DNA from: Candidatus Hydrogenedentota bacterium | GTDB lineage: Bacteria; Hydrogenedentota; Hydrogenedentia; Hydrogenedentales; CAITNO01 | Direction of reading: 5' to 3' | Length of the DNA stretch: 64,000 bases | NCBI GenBank assembly: GCA_903893795.1 | Contig: CAITNO010000156.1 | Location: 4,557-68,556 of the forward strand | Part shown: positions 29,573 through 40,200 of the stretch, in pieces | How the letters are laid out: every line of letters begins with the position of its first letter | Numbering within the stretch: position 1 is the stretch's first letter | Position numbers and translations under genes: made by a program | The notes under the pieces: generated by a model | What the model was told of the DNA's origin: nothing | Seen by the model: the letters and a program-made list of their open reading frames with translations, nothing else | Databases searched by the model: none

Positions 29573-32446
29573 ATGAGGGTTCTTTGTTATTCAATCGCGT
29601 TGCTTGCTTTGGCCATCAATCTTGCCAGTGCCTCGGATTCGGGACCGTCCACCGTCGCACGGGTCGTTCTCGAAACAGAATATCTTCGCTATGAGATAGG
29701 CACGGACGGGAAAAATGCCGCCTTTGTGGATAAAGGCACCGGCAAGGATTGGTGTGATCCGGCAGCCGCACCGTTCTTTGCCCACATGCGAATCGCCGGA
29801 CACCAATATGACTCCACCGCCGTCTCGCTAAAGGACGGAAAGCTTGCCGTCGAATTCGGGGACCCCAGCCGTCGGGCCAGTTTTTCCGTGCGTCAAGACC
29901 CGCATAGCATCATCTTGGAGCTGACAGATATTTCAGGGACGGATGTTGAGGAGTTGGGCTTTGCCGATGTGGGCTTCACGCTCAAGGGCAAACCCGGTGA
30001 GTCCTTTGCCGCCTGCGCCCTGGCGCTGAATCTCCAGACGAATGTCCATCAGATTCCAGGCCTGAACAGTGCAATGAACTCAAGCTGCTGCTCCCGTTTT
30101 GGATTGGTGGGGGCCAAGGTGGCCATCGTGGGCACTCCGCGGCCTGTGTTTCGCGATGTCCTGAAAGAGGTCGTCAGCGCAGCGCCCGGTCTGCCCCATT
30201 CATCTTTGGGGGGGCCTTGGGCGCTCGACTCCGATATGAACCGCGGATCTTACCTGATCGACACGGAGGGCAAGATTGGCACAGAGACGGTAAGTGACTG
30301 GATAAGCCTCGCAAAGAATCTTGGAATCACCCAGATCGACTTTCACACGGGCAAGTCCATGCGTTTTGGAGACCTGACTCCCAACCCGGCGCTGTACCCG
30401 AAAGGCGTGGAGGACGTGAAGTCCGTGGTCGGCCGTCTTCATGAAGCGGGCATTTCCGCGGGCCTGCATACCTATGCGTTCTTTATCGCCAAGGACACCC
30501 ATTGGGTGACGCCGTTCCCTGACCCTCGTCTTGCCGTGGATGCCGCCTTTACCCTGGCCGAGTCACTCAGCGCAGATGCGGATAGTGTGCCCACCGAAGA
30601 GTCCACCAAGGGCATGTCCGTGGTGACGGGGTTTCAGATTCGCAACAGCGTGACGCTGCGCGTAGATGATGAACTGGTCTCCTATGGCGGTTTCGCGGCC
30701 GAGCCCCCCTTTGGGTTCAGCGGGTGCAAGCGCGGCGCATGGGGGACGAAGGCAACTGCACATGGGAAAGGCGCGAAGATAACCCATCTGAAGGAAAGTT
30801 TTGGATTGTTCGTTCCTGACGGTGACTCTACCCTTCTCGCGGAAGTGGCCGCGAGAACCGCGGAGGTGTACAACGACTGCGGCTTCGACATGATTTATCT
30901 CGATGCCTTGGACGGTTCGGACATCCTCGGTGGCGGGCTAAACGCCTGGTACTACGGGTCGAAGTTCGTTTTTGAACTGGAGAAGCGCCTGAAGCGGCCT
31001 GCCTTATTTGAAATGAGCACGATGACCCATCACCTCTGGTACGTGAGGTCACGCAACGGTGCCTGGGACGTGCCGCCCCGGACGGCAAAACGCTTTATTG
31101 ACGCCCATGTGATCTCCAATCGGGCCTGCGACCCGATGTATTTGCCGCCCCATTTGGGGTGGTGGGGCGTCTTTGACTGGGACGCGATACAACCGGAGCG
31201 CACCTTTCCGGACACCATCGACTATCTGGGGTGCAAATGTATTGGCACCAACTGCGGGCTGTCACTTCTCGTTGGTTTTACCCCCGAAACCTATGCCAAT
31301 TCCCCCAACACCCAACGGTTGGGCACCCTCATCCGGCAGTATGAGGAGTTGCGGCGCTCCAATAGGGTGGCGGAATCGGTTAAAGCACGATTGGCCGTGC
31401 CCGGTGACGAGTTCACACTGGAAAGTTCCGGCGATGGCAAGCCGCAGTTTAGGGCTATCCATTATGAACAACATAAGATTGAACGACTGGCAGCGGCGGG
31501 GGAGACCTGGACTACCCATAACGCCTTTGGTCGGCAACCGCTCGCGCTGCGCATTGAGGTATTGGCTGGCGCCGCTAATTATGACGATGCAGAGTCCACG
31601 GTTGTGGAGGAGTTTAAGGATGCCGGCCAGTTAGGCGAACGCAGTTCAGCAAAGGCGGTTTCCGCCGAGTTCTTAAATGACGATGCTCTGGCACGACTGA
31701 CCGCCACGAACAGCGGTGCTTCACCTGAGTCCGCATGGGCAATGATGGGAAAACGCTTTTCGCCCCCGCTTGACCTGTCAAAACGGGCTCTTGGCGTGTG
31801 GATTGAGGGTGACGGGCAGGGTGAAGTGTTGAATTTCCAACTGAAAACCCCGGAGTCTTTGGGGGGCGGAATTCAGGACCGCTACGTGGATATCGATTTT
31901 ACGGGCAAACGCTATTGTGAACTGGTTGAGCCTGAATCGGAACGGCTCGTGCAGTACGCCTGGCCCCACACCAGCAGACAAGCCGAGTGGGAGACCCAAG
32001 GCATCAAGATTGGCGGGATCTTCAGGTCAATTGTGATCTGGGCAGATGCCGGCCACGTGGAAACGCTAAGCGTCGGCTGCATTAATCTTCCCGTGGGGAA
32101 GACGATCGACTGCCGCATTGGACCCATCAAAGCATTGCCACTCAAGACAGTGAAGATTTCCAATCCGTCCATTACGGTCGCAGGCTCAACACTCGCCTTT
32201 CCTGCAATGCTTGAAAGCGGTGATTATCTGGAATGTCGCTCGGGCGAGGACTGCAAGATTTACAACGCGAAAGGAGAGCGGCGCAAAGAACTGAAGCTTG
32301 AGGGGCCGCTACCCACCCTTGAAGCTGGTGACAATAGCCTCCATTTTAGCGCCATTGCAGCCGAAGGCGGCCCAGGTCCACGTTTTCGGGTGACTGCGAT
32401 CACCGCTGGAGAGCCCTTTGCAGCCTCGGGCGAAAAGAAGGAATAG
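29573..32446 (+). CDS. Large secreted protein (957 aa), possible TIM-barrel glycoside-hydrolase-like
   Basis: Signal peptide, AAGGAGG ribosome-binding site. A beta/alpha-like core region ('ITQIDFHTG...LHTYAF...DMIYLDALDGSD'). Confidence 0.5.
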   Translation: MRVLCYSIALLALAINLASASDSGPSTVARVVLETEYLRYEIGTDGKNAAFVDKGTGKDWCDPAAAPFFAHMRIAGHQYDSTAVSLKDGKLAVEFGDPSRRASFSVRQDPHSIILELTDISGTDVEELGFADVGFTLKGKPGESFAACALALNLQTNVHQIPGLNSAMNSSCCSRFGLVGAKVAIVGTPRPVFRDVLKEVVSAAPGLPHSSLGGPWALDSDMNRGSYLIDTEGKIGTETVSDWISLAKNLGITQIDFHTGKSMRFGDLTPNPALYPKGVEDVKSVVGRLHEAGISAGLHTYAFFIAKDTHWVTPFPDPRLAVDAAFTLAESLSADADSVPTEESTKGMSVVTGFQIRNSVTLRVDDELVSYGGFAAEPPFGFSGCKRGAWGTKATAHGKGAKITHLKESFGLFVPDGDSTLLAEVAARTAEVYNDCGFDMIYLDALDGSDILGGGLNAWYYGSKFVFELEKRLKRPALFEMSTMTHHLWYVRSRNGAWDVPPRTAKRFIDAHVISNRACDPMYLPPHLGWWGVFDWDAIQPERTFPDTIDYLGCKCIGTNCGLSLLVGFTPETYANSPNTQRLGTLIRQYEELRRSNRVAESVKARLAVPGDEFTLESSGDGKPQFRAIHYEQHKIERLAAAGETWTTHNAFGRQPLALRIEVLAGAANYDDAESTVVEEFKDAGQLGERSSAKAVSAEFLNDDALARLTATNSGASPESAWAMMGKRFSPPLDLSKRALGVWIEGDGQGEVLNFQLKTPESLGGGIQDRYVDIDFTGKRYCELVEPESERLVQYAWPHTSRQAEWETQGIKIGGIFRSIVIWADAGHVETLSVGCINLPVGKTIDCRIGPIKALPLKTVKISNPSITVAGSTLAFPAMLESGDYLECRSGEDCKIYNAKGERRKELKLEGPLPTLEAGDNSLHFSAIAAEGGPGPRFRVTAITAGEPFAASGEKKE

Positions 32447-32502
32447 CGTTTCTGGCCCATGTGCCATGAGAAGTGACTGCCAAGCATTGGTCTTGTGAAA
32501 AG

Positions 32503-32533
32503 CGGCCCCATGGGAGTGTAACCCATGGGGCCG
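32503..32533. terminator. Bidirectional terminator hairpin between convergent genes
   Basis: A 12-bp perfect stem (cggccccatggg / cccatggggccg) with a 7-nt loop, followed by T-rich sequence. Confidence 0.65.
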
Positions 32534-32561
32534 TTCGTGTTCGTCGTCTGAAACGCGGCTA

Positions 32562-35351
32562 TTAAAGGGAGAATTCGATGGTGACAATTTTCTTCTTGCC
32601 AAAGCTGGCTTTGATCGCGTTGCCTTCAGGGGAAACCGTCTCGCTGCGCTCTTCATTCATGTTTGTCAGCCAAGCGGCTTTGATCGGCTTGAAGAGGCGA
32701 ATCGTGCCTTCGACATCCTCGTTCAAGGGATTGAATACGCGCACCACATAATTTCCTGGGCGGTCCTCCGCCTGCTTAAAGGCGGTGACCTGGAGGTTGT
32801 CGCCCTCTACGCACAGGAAACTTAGAGCCTTGGGCAGGGTGCCGACATGGGCGCCCGCCTGGGCCGGTTCAAGCGGGAGATTCATGTCCTCAGCTTCTGC
32901 AAAGCAGCCGTTGGTCCAGTCACCGCTATGCGGATAGATCGCATAGGACCAGTCGAACTTGCCAATGCACTGGGCGAGTTCCATGTCCGGATAGGTTTCC
33001 CAGCGGCCGAAGACGGGGGAGTTGCGGTAGGTGAAGGCGCGGATAAGCGTGATGGCCAGCGGCCTGTCCGCTTTGTCCATCGCCTCGTACTCGCGCAGCC
33101 CCGAGTTGTTCACGATCGCAAATCCGGCCTTGCCGTCGGTCATGTCGACAAAGCGGTGCATCGGGTACTGGGGATTGGGCCGTCCGTAATAGGCATTGCC
33201 GGGCTTGACTGTGATGTCGCGGCCAATGACGTCGAAACTGATTTCGCTGTCGGTGCGGTCGCAGTCGAGCCGGGTGGGGAACACCACGCGGAGCCTGTGA
33301 TGGCGGCAAGTGTTCTCAAAGCTCGTCTGCACATCAAGGCGCCTCGCCCCGGCCCGCAGCGTGAAGCGGCTGGTGATTACCGCCTCGCGGCGCTCTTTCG
33401 TGCGGGCGGTGTCGTTGATGTCACCCTCTCGGAAGTCGATGTACGGCGGGTCGTCAACGCTGACGGGAATGCTCATATGGTAGTCCACCCGCATCCGCGC
33501 AAATAGCGGGCCGGACTCTTCCAGCATGATTTCGCAGGGGCCGCCGTGTGACGTGATGACCTCGTTGCGCTCGGGCTCCATGTGAATCCAGGAGTGGCCC
33601 GTTTCGCCGCTGTCCTCGAAGTAGTGCAGATCAGTGTAAAACTGCCCTGTCTCCTTGTGGAGCAGGTCGAGCGTGCCGTCGTGGTTGAACTGAACGCGCA
33701 GGTGCTCGTTTTCAAGTACGTTGGTTTCGGGTACCAGTGTGCCGGGGAGCAGCTTGAAGCCTTCCTCGCGGTTGATGTGGTAGGTGCTGTAGCCGAAGGG
33801 CGGCACTTCATCCAATTCGACATGGCAGCGCACGCGTTCCGTGCGCACCTCGATGGAAATATCCTGCAGGTTGCGGACCAGAACGCCCATGGGAAACTTT
33901 TCCTGTTTCTGCATGCGCAGCGTCTTGCTGCCGTCGGGGGTCTGGATGCTGAAGGCTTCGTAGCCCATGTTCTGCGGCATGTCCACCAGGCAGGAGACGA
34001 CGCCCCTGCGGGGGAAAGCACAGGGGTTGAAGACGGTCAAGACGCTGTCTTTCTCCGTGAGGTCCGAGTTGTCGACCGAAATCTGCACCCGTTCCAACCC
34101 ACGGCGGGCAACGCCCTCGGCGATCAGGTCGATCTGGTTGAAACGGTAGATGGAGTCGCGCTCCATCTGATCGATGCCGCCGCCGGTGATGGTGTCATGC
34201 GGATGGTTCTGAAGGAGGAAGCGCCAGCAACGGTCCAGCGCGCTCTTGAGGTATTCGCCGCCCACCATGGACGCCACGGCGCTCCACGGTTCGGCGCGGC
34301 GCTGGAGGGCCACCTCGGAGTTGTGGTTGGCCTGTTTAAGCCTGGGACGGGCGCTGATGACATCGCCGAAGAGATGGGTCCACTTGCCTGTCGAGCCCGG
34401 GTCGCGGAATTCGCCGCGCAGGACAACCGGATCTTTGACCTCCTTGCGCATTGCCTCCATATAGGTGCCGAGGTCGGAGAACTTGATGTCATGCTCAGGC
34501 AGCAGTTCCTGGCACAGCCGCATAATGCGGGTTTCTTCGGGGTCCGGATTGGACGTGTCAAAGCCCTGCATCACAACGATCTGGCTGGTGCTGAAGTGTT
34601 CCGACTCGTCTTCGACAAGTTTTACGAGCTGCTCGCGGATCGGTGCGTCGTTCCACAGCTTCTTCTTGTCGTCCAGGACGTAATAGTGGTCACGGGGACG
34701 ACTGTCGGACGCGAGACGGAAGGGCGCGGCGCCCCGATCCCAATTGTAGCGGGTGAACACGTCCGCAGGGCCGTAGCGCAGCATGCGGTAGACGTAAATG
34801 TAATAGCTAAACCGGCTCATCACGCCAAAACGCGAGCCCAAAAGCCGCGAGCCGTCGGGGCCCTCCAGGACATACTCGCACTTGGGTGTGTTGATTCCCC
34901 GGTAGAAGATGATGGTGTCAATGCCGAAACCGTTGTAAATCTGCGGCATTTGGGAGGTCTGGCCGTAGCCGAAGGGAGTGTAGCCAACCTTTGTGGTCGT
35001 GCCCAACGCATCGGCCGAACGGTGGCCAACGACCAAATTGCGTACCAGTGACTCGCCATTGACTATGTACTCCTCGGGCAGGGAGTACCACGGACCAACA
35101 AGCAAACGCCCCGACTTGACATGTTTCTCTATGGTTTCTCGCTTCTCTGGCCGCAGTTCGAGATAGTCCTCGACGCAAAGCGTTTGCGAGTCCATGGTGA
35201 AGGAGTGAAATTCTGGGTCGTTATCGAGCAGGTCAAGCAGTTCATCCATGAATTTAAGCAGTAGCAGGCGCGTTTCCTCAAAGGGATAGCCCCATTCCCG
35301 GTCCCAGTGGGAATTGGAAACAACATGGATCGTCTTGCGTTCCTCAGACAT
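32562..35351 (-). CDS. GH38 alpha-mannosidase
   Basis: N-terminal 'IHVVSNSHWDREWGYPFEE' is the GH38 catalytic-domain signature. Length is 929 aa. Confidence 0.85.
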   Translation of the reverse strand: MSEERKTIHVVSNSHWDREWGYPFEETRLLLLKFMDELLDLLDNDPEFHSFTMDSQTLCVEDYLELRPEKRETIEKHVKSGRLLVGPWYSLPEEYIVNGESLVRNLVVGHRSADALGTTTKVGYTPFGYGQTSQMPQIYNGFGIDTIIFYRGINTPKCEYVLEGPDGSRLLGSRFGVMSRFSYYIYVYRMLRYGPADVFTRYNWDRGAAPFRLASDSRPRDHYYVLDDKKKLWNDAPIREQLVKLVEDESEHFSTSQIVVMQGFDTSNPDPEETRIMRLCQELLPEHDIKFSDLGTYMEAMRKEVKDPVVLRGEFRDPGSTGKWTHLFGDVISARPRLKQANHNSEVALQRRAEPWSAVASMVGGEYLKSALDRCWRFLLQNHPHDTITGGGIDQMERDSIYRFNQIDLIAEGVARRGLERVQISVDNSDLTEKDSVLTVFNPCAFPRRGVVSCLVDMPQNMGYEAFSIQTPDGSKTLRMQKQEKFPMGVLVRNLQDISIEVRTERVRCHVELDEVPPFGYSTYHINREEGFKLLPGTLVPETNVLENEHLRVQFNHDGTLDLLHKETGQFYTDLHYFEDSGETGHSWIHMEPERNEVITSHGGPCEIMLEESGPLFARMRVDYHMSIPVSVDDPPYIDFREGDINDTARTKERREAVITSRFTLRAGARRLDVQTSFENTCRHHRLRVVFPTRLDCDRTDSEISFDVIGRDITVKPGNAYYGRPNPQYPMHRFVDMTDGKAGFAIVNNSGLREYEAMDKADRPLAITLIRAFTYRNSPVFGRWETYPDMELAQCIGKFDWSYAIYPHSGDWTNGCFAEAEDMNLPLEPAQAGAHVGTLPKALSFLCVEGDNLQVTAFKQAEDRPGNYVVRVFNPLNEDVEGTIRLFKPIKAAWLTNMNEERSETVSPEGNAIKASFGKKKIVTIEFSL

Positions 35352-35509
35352 TCATTCTCTCCCGGTGCCGAATCGGCGTAGTGTTCTCAAAGGATGAAAA
35401 ACAAAGAAAGACCGCCGCAATTTACACTGGAAGGTACGGAGAAAACAAGATACGGACGCCTGGTCAACAGTTGAATGCCACCATCACGCAGTGCGGTACA
35501 GCCGCTAGT

Positions 35510-36325
35510 CTAGGACCGGGCGACACGCATAAGGTCTGAATCAAGCAGGAGGGGGGTGCCGTCGTCAACACATTTGTATTTGTCAAAATGGGTATACCCG
35601 ACCTCTCGCAGGAAATCTTCGTCAATAAGGGCTCTGCCGTTCGACAAGTCGGGGTGGTTTAGAATCTCCAGGGTGGCGTCAGCGACAATGTCCGCCTTGC
35701 GCCAAAATTGGGGCTCGCCCAGATGAAAGTTGACCGTGGCAAAAGACTCTATGACTGTTTTGGGCCACAATGCGGAGCCGTGAATCCCATAAGGCCGCAT
35801 TTCTTCAGCAATGCCAAGGGCGATCATGGTCATACCGAATTTGCTGATGGAGTAGGCGATGTGGCCCGGAACAACGGATAGGTCCACCGGGGGGGACATC
35901 ATAATCACATGACCGCTCCCCTGAGCTTTCATGGCGGGAAGAAAGGCCTCCGTTACGGCGTAGGCGCCCCGGGCGTTGACTTCCATCACGAGGTCGAACC
36001 GTTTCATCGGCGTCTCGTCCATGGGCCGCCACCATAATGCACCGGCATTGTTGATAACGGCATCCACATGGCCAAATCGTTCAAGAGTTGCTTCGGCGGC
36101 CACCTTAATGCTGGCTAGGTCGCGAACGTTGCATTGGACAGGCAACACCTGCGTTCCAAAGACAGCAATTTCCCTTGCGGCACTGTGGATCGTACCGGGA
36201 ATTCGGGGATCTTCTTCCACCGATTTTGCAGCTACGGCGATATCCCAGCCTTCTCGGGCCAATCGTTCCGCACAGGCTTTTCCGATTCCCCGCGTTGCTC
36301 CGGTGATAAATGCCACTTTCGCCAT
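35510..36325 (-). CDS. SDR-family oxidoreductase
   Basis: 'FITGATRGIGKA' Rossmann motif, 'NNAG', and catalytic 'YSISK'. Confidence 0.85.
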   Translation of the reverse strand: MAKVAFITGATRGIGKACAERLAREGWDIAVAAKSVEEDPRIPGTIHSAAREIAVFGTQVLPVQCNVRDLASIKVAAEATLERFGHVDAVINNAGALWWRPMDETPMKRFDLVMEVNARGAYAVTEAFLPAMKAQGSGHVIMMSPPVDLSVVPGHIAYSISKFGMTMIALGIAEEMRPYGIHGSALWPKTVIESFATVNFHLGEPQFWRKADIVADATLEILNHPDLSNGRALIDEDFLREVGYTHFDKYKCVDDGTPLLLDSDLMRVARS

Positions 36326-36456
36326 AGGTCAGTCTCCAGTGTTGACTACGGAAAGAGGAACATCTTGGGAGTAGTTCCTGTTCCTAGTGCTAAGATGTAT
36401 AAAAGCTTGAACAACAGATGAGCCTATTCCGCGCTTTTGCGCCAAAACAATTGCAG

Positions 36457-36486
36457 TTGACATCTAAGTGCGAAAATCGGTATAAT
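36457..36486 (+). promoter_or_regulatory. Consensus sigma-70-type promoter in an AT-rich island
   Basis: TTGACA, an 18-nt spacer, then TATAAT. About 115 nt upstream of the regulator gene. The surrounding ~280 bp are ~42% GC against ~60% genome-wide. Confidence 0.55.
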
Positions 36487-36604
36487 TGCAATGTCGGATG
36501 ATTAAAATACGAAATCTGGAGCGGTTCAGTTGAAAGAAGTAACCCAAGTCCAGGTGGTCTTTGCCAGTATATTCATTTTTCACAACCACTCAGGAGACTG
36601 ACCA

Positions 36605-37189
36605 GTGTCAGACAGAGAGCAGAAAGCTTACACGACCTTTGAAGCTGCAAAAATATGCCACGTCACCCATCACAGCATCAAGAATTGGATCAAGCAGGGC
36701 TTGATCAAGGCATCGCGCACCCCCGGCGGTCACTACCGCATACTTGAACGGGACCTGGACAGATTCCGCGAGAAATTCGACATGTTCCCGCGGGAAAAGG
36801 GCCCGCTCAGCAAGCGTATCATGGTGGTGGACGATGATGCTGACGCGCTCAAGCTGATGGAAAACCTGCTGACAGATGAGGGATTTGAACTGATCCCCGT
36901 CTCGAATGCCACGGAAGTGGGTCTCAAGGCCTCTCAGATGATGCCCGACCTGATTCTGCTGGACTTCCTCATGCCCGAGCTCAACGGGTTTGAAGTTTGC
37001 GCCGCGTTGCGCGACAATGAACTGACGCGCAGCATTCCCATCATGGCGGTTACGTGCCTTGCCAAGGAGCGGGATATTGAGCGAATATTCGAATGCGGTG
37101 CCGACGACTATTTGGCCAAGCCTTTTAAGGTGGACACGCTTCTGGAAAAGGTCAGGGAACTGATCGGACGCGGGCGCGCGACCGAATAG
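36605..37189 (+). CDS. Response regulator: N-terminal excisionase/MerR-type HTH followed by a receiver domain
   Basis: 'FEAAKICHVTHHSIKNWIKQGLI' HTH, then receiver 'IMVVDDDADALKLM...LILLDFLMPELNG...IMAVT'. GTG start with an AGGAG ribosome-binding site. Confidence 0.8.
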   Translation: MSDREQKAYTTFEAAKICHVTHHSIKNWIKQGLIKASRTPGGHYRILERDLDRFREKFDMFPREKGPLSKRIMVVDDDADALKLMENLLTDEGFELIPVSNATEVGLKASQMMPDLILLDFLMPELNGFEVCAALRDNELTRSIPIMAVTCLAKERDIERIFECGADDYLAKPFKVDTLLEKVRELIGRGRATE

Positions 37190-37240
37190 CCGCAACGCCT
37201 CGGATGGGCGCCGCGCTTTCCGAACGCACAGGACTGTGCC

Positions 37241-40200
37241 ATGACTAAGAAGCCGTCACGCGGCAGCATCGAACGCCGCTTTGTCGTGTCGATACTCTGG
37301 GTGGGCGTGATCCCCATGGTGCTCGCCATGATTATCGGCTATCTCGCGGCGCGCGAGGCCCAGCAGGCGGCCAATCTTCAGGATCTTTCCACGGCGGCCA
37401 GAAAGACGGCGGACGCAATTCGCCTGGCTCTGGAGGAGCGTGAACTTCAGGCGGTCCGCATAACGCAGTTCCCCGAGGTGATCTCATACCTCGTCCAGCA
37501 GCAGAAAAATCCAGCCACTTCCGGCGAAGCACTCATGGCCACCTTTCGCCGGGAAGCGCGTGCCAGCGGGGAGCGTCAGTCAATTTATGCCATTTATGAC
37601 GCGGCGGGCAATCTCCTCCTAAGCACAAATCCAGATGACCCCTTCGCACGGACAAGCTTGGAGGACGTGTCCCAGATCACGGGACCGAATTTCATCGATT
37701 TCCGGTACCTCCCCATGGAGAAACGGTATGCGGCCGTGCTGGTCGCCCCGGTGAAATCGGATCAGGGCGAAACGCTCGGTTTCGTTACGGAAACCCAGGG
37801 GGTGCGCGACCTGCTGATATTCATACTCGGTGATCGCCGTGCCGATAAAGACCTGCAAACGACCAATGACTATTACGAAATCATCATTTACGGCCAGCGG
37901 AACAAATGGTCGGTTTACCTGGATGAGTCTTCGGACCAGGAACTTCCACCGCCGCATTACGCGCCGATTGATCCAAAAATAGAATCGCGTCTGAAGCGTT
38001 TTCCCGAGCGCGAACTGGACTCTCTGTTTATTTGGAACTACCTTTCAAGGGGCGGACGAACGCCTGTCCTGATAGCCTACCATAGGCTCATGCCCTCGGC
38101 GCCCATCTACATAGCTGTTCACAGGCAGACACCGCAGGTGTTCTCCAAAATCAATCTCGCCGCAGTGGTCACCCTGATTGTCAGCGGTCTGATCATTGCG
38201 GTCTTTTGCGTTGTCGCCTATCGCAGTGTCAACAACACGATCATCCGTCCCCTCGCCCTGTTGAACGAGGGGGCACAGATCATCCGCCAAGGCGATCTTG
38301 ACCTCAAGCTCCGCATCGGGACCGGCGATGAAATAGAGGAACTGGCCGCCTCGTTTAACCAGATGGCCGCCGCATTGCGGTCAAACCTGAATCAACTGCG
38401 CGATTCAGAGGAGAAATACCGTTCCCTGGTCACCTCCATGCGGGACGGCCTTTTTCAAACCGACAGTATGGGCGTAATCACCTTCATCAACCCTTCCGGT
38501 GCTGAAATTCTGGGCTATCCTGATTTCAACGACGTTTTGGGAAAGCCCGTGTCCCAGCTCTTCATGCGGGCCGAGGACTTTGAACGGGTTGCCCGCAGCG
38601 CACCGGAAAGCCTGGCCATTGAAAGCACACGGGTGTGGCTTGTCCGTCCCGATGAATCGACCATTTGTGTTGACATGTCCGGCAACCGGCACTTTGACGT
38701 TAAGGGGGCGCTTGTCGGCGTTGAGGGAACATTCCGCGACGTCACGCGCAATGTTCGCCTTGAGGTGGACGCCGCGGAACGGGCCGAACGCATCAACGTC
38801 ATCAACCAGATCGCCAATGTGGTTAATTCAAGCCTCGAAGCAGGGCGCGTATACGAAAACATTGGTGTGGAACTCCGCAAACTCATTGCCTTTGACTACG
38901 CAGGCGTCTCGCTCTGGCTCGAAGGGGTTGGCCATTTTGAATCCAGGCAGCTCTGGCCGGAACCGCGGGAGGGCAGGGAACAGTTTCCACGACTTGACGG
39001 TTCGGGAAGTTGCGCCGCCTGGGTTGCGGCCGAAGAGCGTTGCCTCTTGATCGAGGACCTCGGCGCGGCCAGTTCCCTCTTCGCCTTCCAGTTCCCTGAA
39101 CGGATTCACAGCATCCTTTGCGTGCCGCTCTATGCGAGCGCGCGGATCATCGGCACGCTCAATTTGGGGGCTGAACAGACAGGATTCTTCAACCAGCACG
39201 ACATGGAGGTTCTGGAACAGCTCGCGCCCCATCTGGCCGCCGCGCTGCGCAACGCCCAACTCTTGGATAATCTCAAGCTTTCGCTGGAGGAGGTTACCCG
39301 TGCCCGCGAAAAGCTGCACGAGGTAAACGAGGAGCTTAAGTCTCTTGATGAAATGAAGACGAACCTGCTGTCAAACGTCTCCCATGAACTGCGCACGCCC
39401 CTGGTTGCCGTGATGGGCTACACCGACATGGTGGTCAACGGCAAGGCCGGTCCCGTGACCGAAAAGCAGCGCAACTACCTCAGTATCTCTCTGCGGAACG
39501 TTGAAAAACTCGTCACACTGATTGAAAACCTCCTTGATTTCTCAAGGCTGTACCGGGGCGCTGAGGAGTTGCTCTTCACCCGTTTTGACCTGTTGGACTG
39601 TATCCGCATGAGCGTGGAAAGCGTGAAGCCGGTTGCGGACAGCAAGGGAATTGTCCTCGCCGTTAAGGCGCGAAATGACCGGGGGGATCCGCTCAAGCCG
39701 CCGGTGCTCGTGGAGGGCGACAAGGGCAAACTTGGTCAGGTATTCAATAATCTACTTTCCAACGCAGTGAAATTCAACGATGCAGCCGGTTCCGTCACCA
39801 TAACCGTTGATGTGCGCATGAATACAGCCCATATCGCTGTGACTGATACGGGGATCGGAATTCCGGAAGAGGCGCTCGACAAGGTCTTTTCCCGCTTTTA
39901 CCAGGTGGATTCCTCATCGACCCGCAAATATGGCGGCACGGGAATTGGTCTGGCCATCGCCCAGGACATTGTGCGCCTGCACGGAAGCCGCATTATCGTG
40001 AGCAGCAGGCAGGGGGAGGGGTCCACCTTCCAGTTCAGCCTGTCCCTTTCGGGGTCTGGCGGGCAGGGCTCCGGCGATGAAATGGAACTTGCCCCACCCA
40101 TTGAAACACATCTGCTGGTGGAAGTGGTGACGCAGGACAGGTCTTTGGCCACACAACTGAGAAATCTCCTTCTGGCCGATGGCATGGACCTGATTCATGC

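Noticed and set aside
33582-35051. 489-aa plus-strand ORF inside the GH38 gene
   Set aside because: Antisense to a gene with an unambiguous GH38 signature.
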